This document shows positions 60,417-64,000 of a stretch of DNA of 64,000 nt, piece by piece. Numbering within the stretch: the first letter of the stretch is position 1; every line of letters starts with the position of its first letter. A program made the translations under genes and the position numbers. The stretch covers positions 23,063 through 87,062 of the forward strand of contig DALTYD010000001.1 in NCBI GenBank assembly GCA_029986255.1, written 5' to 3'. The notes below the pieces were generated by a model. That model did no database searches. It saw nothing but the letters and a program-made list of their open reading frames with translations, and was not told where the DNA came from. The DNA is from Methanocorpusculum sp. (lineage in GTDB: Archaea > Halobacteriota > Methanomicrobia > Methanomicrobiales > Methanocorpusculaceae).

Positions 60417-62138
60417 TCATTTTTGCATAGCTTTAATTCTGCGGATTTCGGTTAGTATGTGAGTTAGAATCACTTCATCCGATGGCATGCCAGAGGTGAA
60501 GGCTTTTTTAACGTGAATTGGGACACCGTCTAGTCGATATGCGGTGCCTTCAGCATCAATGCCCACAACTGCAACTGGGATGTGGAGTTTTGCAATGGCT
60601 GTCGATAGTGAGATATATGGATCGAGAACGATGGTATTTATGCGTGCTAGATGTGCCACTGTTTCTCGGGGGAAGTGTGCTCCGAGGTCTGTTCCTATGA
60701 TGAGGACAGCATCAGCTTCGTGTTTGGCGAGAATGTCAACCCCACTGGTCTCACCTGGATTGTAGTGGACGATGCCTCGTGAGTAATCTACGGCATATGG
60801 ATATCCGGCAGTCTGTGAAAACATCTGATTCGTTCCATCTACATTCCAATGCCCACGAAGAGGGGTAAGGGTATATTTTGTATGCCGGTTGAGTTCATCA
60901 ACCAGTTCAATACCTGCCCGAACATTTTTGTATTTTCCTCTTGATTGAGTGAGGCCAATGCCTGTGAAAAAAGATCCAAATTTTGCGCTAAGTAGAATTT
61001 CAGCAATTTTAAAAAGTACACTACGTTCAACCCCAGCGATCGTATTGGGAATTACATCACGTTCACCTCTGATAATTGCTCTCAGTGCATTGAAAATGGC
61101 GTAGTCTCCTCCTGGTTTTACTTGGATAAAATGATCGGCAAGTTTTGCTGTTTCGGATTCTCGAATGTCTACAACAATGATGATCCGATCATCACGCCCT
61201 TCTGGGCGAAATGCTCCTGTGGAATATGAGGTGTAGCGGGAGAGATGGCGTGGATGAGCAGCAATTGGATTGCAACCCCAGTAGACAATAACGTCTGCAC
61301 GGTTCTTAACCTGGCCAAGGGTGCAGCCTGGATGACCCACTTCTTGCACAGCCATAATAGTTGGTCCATGACATTCAGAGGAGCAGTTGTCCATGACGGC
61401 TCCGATTTCTTCGGCGATTTCAAGGCCTATATGCATGGCTTCGGTGGATGTGCCTGACCAACCGTATAATAGTGGTCTTTTTGCGGATGCAAGCATTTTA
61501 GCCGCAATCTTTATGGAAGTTTCGAAATCTATCTCCTTCCATCTATCTCGTTCTCGATGGATTGGGGTAATCATTCTACTTGGTGAACTAAATTTACCTG
61601 AGGAAAGAAGACAACCATTTACAACATTTGTGATAACACCATCTTTGATATGGAGTTCAATGTCATCACAAAGACAACCACAAAGAGGGCATACGTGATT
61701 TTTGACTATTTTTTTTCCAGACTCTATATCTGGGGGTCTGTTTTTTTTTGGAACTTCGTATTTAAGACCGCCTAATTCTTCCATGAGATCCCATGCTGTT
61801 TGGAGTGGGAGATCGGTTGCACTGACTTCGACAGGTACCCCTTTGAAGTCTGGTGCACCGGTAGAGTGAGTGTTCTCGTGAAGGATGAAATTAGCATGTG
61901 GTCCACATGGAATAAATACAACTCCTTTAGGCGTTTCGGATGATTCGCGAACGTTGAAAACAGTTTTTCCAACGGTGCTTTCGATGAGAACGTGTTCATC
62001 CTTTTCGACGCCAATTTCCATCATATCCATCGGGTTAAGGAAACAATAGGAAGTCTCTCTGGAGTAGTCTTTGGTGTCTTTATAATACAACTGGGAACCC
62101 TGTTCTGGGGTTCGTCCACTGCTCATCAGCAATCTCAT
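60417..62138 (-). CDS. fwdB: Formylmethanofuran dehydrogenase subunit D-subunit B fusion
   Basis: N-terminal FwdD-like region (SGRT..QG, FIPCGPHAN, T.STG.P.FKG), then CPLCGCLCDD, SECHGP, TLGQVKNRAD, HPRH, RGHWNV. Confidence 0.9.
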   Translation of the reverse strand: MRLLMSSGRTPEQGSQLYYKDTKDYSRETSYCFLNPMDMMEIGVEKDEHVLIESTVGKTVFNVRESSETPKGVVFIPCGPHANFILHENTHSTGAPDFKGVPVEVSATDLPLQTAWDLMEELGGLKYEVPKKNRPPDIESGKKIVKNHVCPLCGCLCDDIELHIKDGVITNVVNGCLLSSGKFSSPSRMITPIHRERDRWKEIDFETSIKIAAKMLASAKRPLLYGWSGTSTEAMHIGLEIAEEIGAVMDNCSSECHGPTIMAVQEVGHPGCTLGQVKNRADVIVYWGCNPIAAHPRHLSRYTSYSTGAFRPEGRDDRIIIVVDIRESETAKLADHFIQVKPGGDYAIFNALRAIIRGERDVIPNTIAGVERSVLFKIAEILLSAKFGSFFTGIGLTQSRGKYKNVRAGIELVDELNRHTKYTLTPLRGHWNVDGTNQMFSQTAGYPYAVDYSRGIVHYNPGETSGVDILAKHEADAVLIIGTDLGAHFPRETVAHLARINTIVLDPYISLSTAIAKLHIPVAVVGIDAEGTAYRLDGVPIHVKKAFTSGMPSDEVILTHILTEIRRIKAMQK

Positions 62139-62199
62139 GAATCCTCTTTTCCCTGACCCCCTTGAAGAAGTTTGGGAGGTCTATTCTTTATTTATAGTT

Positions 62200-62619
62200 A
62201 TGCGAATTATCAATATCATTGGTCATTCTAATTCTGGAAAAACGACTTTAATTGCGAAGCTTGTACCGCTTCTGGCTGAAGTAGGAACGGTTGCGACGAT
62301 TAAACACATGGCCCATCATATCTGGGAATTGCCATTGGAAAAGGATACGACAGTGCATTTTATGGGTGGTTCATTGGCAACAGCAGGAATTGATGCAGAA
62401 AAGACTGTGTTGAGTCTTCGAACAACATCGGTCTATGACATTTTGGATTTTTTTTCATGGAGGGGGTATGATTATGCAGTTGTTGAGGGGTTTAAGGAGG
62501 AAGGATTTTCATGTGTAGTTCTTGGAGATATTATGGCGGAGCATGTGGTTATTCGGGATACAAATGCGGAAACTGTGTTTGCAATGCGTGACTTGTTTGA
62601 TATCTATGTGCCGCGATGA
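62200..62619 (+). CDS. mobB: Molybdopterin-guanine dinucleotide biosynthesis protein B
   Basis: GHSNSGKTTL, IKH, KDT, VEGFK; start taken at MRIIN. Confidence 0.9.
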   Translation: MRIINIIGHSNSGKTTLIAKLVPLLAEVGTVATIKHMAHHIWELPLEKDTTVHFMGGSLATAGIDAEKTVLSLRTTSVYDILDFFSWRGYDYAVVEGFKEEGFSCVVLGDIMAEHVVIRDTNAETVFAMRDLFDIYVPR

Positions 62620-62975
62620 TTAAAAAAATAAATTATTTATAAATATAATTTTTATTAACCGGATCTCTTTTAAAATTTATATTTATTGGAATTATTATTC
62701 TATATGTATTTTTATTCCGTTTCCACGCCCAATCGTTCCTCTACCTAATTTGAGATTAATAAGATCATCGAGGGTTCTGTTGTGGGATCTTTTTTCTAGT
62801 CAGTACAACAAAGTCCGTCATTTTTTTACATTATCCTTGTTGTTTTAGATCCTCAGATATCTATCTACAAACCAAGTACTGATCCGTAATTTATTAATGA
62901 AACAGGGGTTAATAAATAGTAATTTACAAAAAAAAAATCTGATCATTGCAAGATCCGATTTTATTGAATAGAGAG

Positions 62976-63476
62976 ATGAGCATGATACCTGAACTCATAT
63001 ACATCGTTATTTCCGCGATAATCTCCCTTATACTCTTTGTAACGCTGGATTTGTTTTGGAATCTCCCTGAAAAAGGAGGTGTTTCAGGTGCAGATGCAGT
63101 TTGCAGAGAGATTGTTTCAATTGGTGGCGATAAAAATGGTGGATGGATGCTTGGTAACATCATCTGCTCACCGGATGCTTCTGCTGGTATACTTCTTGCT
63201 GCATGTGGCTATTGGATATATGGTCTTCTTGGAGGTATCACCTCTGCAGTTCTTGTCTTTATTGGTGCCCATATTTGTGCTGACAAAGGTTTTGCTGGGC
63301 TCAGCGGAGCTCTTTCCATGACTACTATTATATGGATCCTTAGCACATTTGCAGGATTTCCTCTGGAAACTTTTATCGCAGGTATGACTATTGCCATTTT
63401 GCTTGTGCAGGGTCTATCATCTCGCCAGGCAAGCAAGATACTTGGCAAGATTTGGAGGAAAATTTGTGATGCTTGA
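62976..63476 (+). CDS. ehaB: Energy-converting hydrogenase A membrane subunit (EhaB-like)
   Basis: LPE..GV.GA, GGD.NGG...GNI.CSPDASAG; first gene of an eha-like membrane operon. Confidence 0.75.
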   Translation: MSMIPELIYIVISAIISLILFVTLDLFWNLPEKGGVSGADAVCREIVSIGGDKNGGWMLGNIICSPDASAGILLAACGYWIYGLLGGITSAVLVFIGAHICADKGFAGLSGALSMTTIIWILSTFAGFPLETFIAGMTIAILLVQGLSSRQASKILGKIWRKICDA

Positions 63477-63768
63477 CATTGTTGGTGTTGTTTGTTCCAT
63501 CGTCGCTGTTTATGCTGCATTGCGTTCTGTTCTTGAAAAAAACACTCTGCGTAAACTTCCATTCATAAATGTTATGAACTTTGCCGTTGTAGGGATTATC
63601 TCTCTTACCCTGTCCCATCCCCTTACCCATCTAGTTGCAGCATCCTATTTTATCGGTGCAACCCTCGAGGCCAACGCAATTGCATCAGCCCTTTCCTGTC
63701 TTATACAGAGTAATGTGACCTCTAAAGACACTGTATTTGAAAGGTTTATCATGGAGGATGAATCATGA
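63469..63768 (+). CDS. ehaC: Energy-converting hydrogenase A subunit C (DUF2109)
   Basis: KLPFINVMNF, HPL, YFIGATLEANAIAS. Confidence 0.8.
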   Translation: MLDIVGVVCSIVAVYAALRSVLEKNTLRKLPFINVMNFAVVGIISLTLSHPLTHLVAASYFIGATLEANAIASALSCLIQSNVTSKDTVFERFIMEDES

Positions 63769-64000
63769 GTGAACTCTTCATTGTTGTTGCTCTCCTTCTC
63801 TCCCTCATTGGCGGTGTTGCAACTGTCGTGATTAGAGACTCTTTTAATAAACTGATCTCACTCGGCATTCTCGTTTCAGGGAGTATTATTTTCATGACGA
63901 GCCGTGGTTATCTTGACGTTGCTATCATTGTCTCTCTCCTTATGCCAGTTGGAACACTCTTCATCCTCCTATTGTGTCGCAAGAAACCAGAGGGTCTATA
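63765..64000 (+). CDS. ehaD: Energy-converting hydrogenase A subunit D (DUF2108), truncated by window edge
   Basis: Manual translation: MSELFIVVALLLSLIGGVATVVIRDSFNKLISLGILVSGSIIFMTSRGYLDVAIIVSLLMPVGTLFILLLCRKKPEGL...; ATGA overlap. Confidence 0.78.
   Translation, partial: MSELFIVVALLLSLIGGVATVVIRDSFNKLISLGILVSGSIIFMTSRGYLDVAIIVSLLMPVGTLFILLLCRKKPEGL

Noticed and set aside
61360..61385. Selenocysteine in FwdB
   Set aside because: The ligand codon is Cys (SECHGP); no in-frame TGA.
165..63630. Numerous short antisense or alternate-frame ORFs in the ORF track (e.g. 247..600, 4963..5445, 23188..23673, 39181..39624)
   Set aside because: They lie opposite or inside well-supported genes and have no recognisable motifs; treated as shadow ORFs.
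1..64000. CRISPR array, rRNA, transposase/integrase or prophage
   Set aside because: No regularly spaced repeats, rRNA-like sequence or recombinase motifs seen by eye.

Overview
A chromosomal window from a hydrogenotrophic methanogenic archaeon, most likely Methanomicrobiales and Methanocorpusculum-like (inferred from gene content and protein style, not from a database search). It is mostly housekeeping: the tail of the rpl39e-rpl31e-aIF6-rplX-pfdA-ftsY-srp54 cluster, proteasome beta/aCPSF1, porCDAB, ahcY, argG, cofC, aEF-1beta, aIF1, Tes/CarS lipid genes, the TFE/Trm56 cluster, a FwdD-FwdB fusion, the start of the eha hydrogenase operon, and two identical tandem tRNA-Lys(CTT) genes. The window shows signs of genome erosion. 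Fourteen AT-rich gaps longer than 400 bp total about 9.8 kb, dapF carries two frameshifts, tex has a large internal deletion, and spot counts suggest T>A skew on the + strand. Several genes are bacterial-type (ThrRS, xseAB, ComEC-like/DUF3006, Tex). The best candidates for something undescribed are a coupled two-gene module at 25606-26375 (small Cys-Cys protein plus an RxxGNxH HEPN/DUF4145-like protein) and a 21-codon leader ORF coupled to a CNNM/CorC metal transporter. Both are hypotheses. I found no CRISPR array, rRNA, transposase or integrase.
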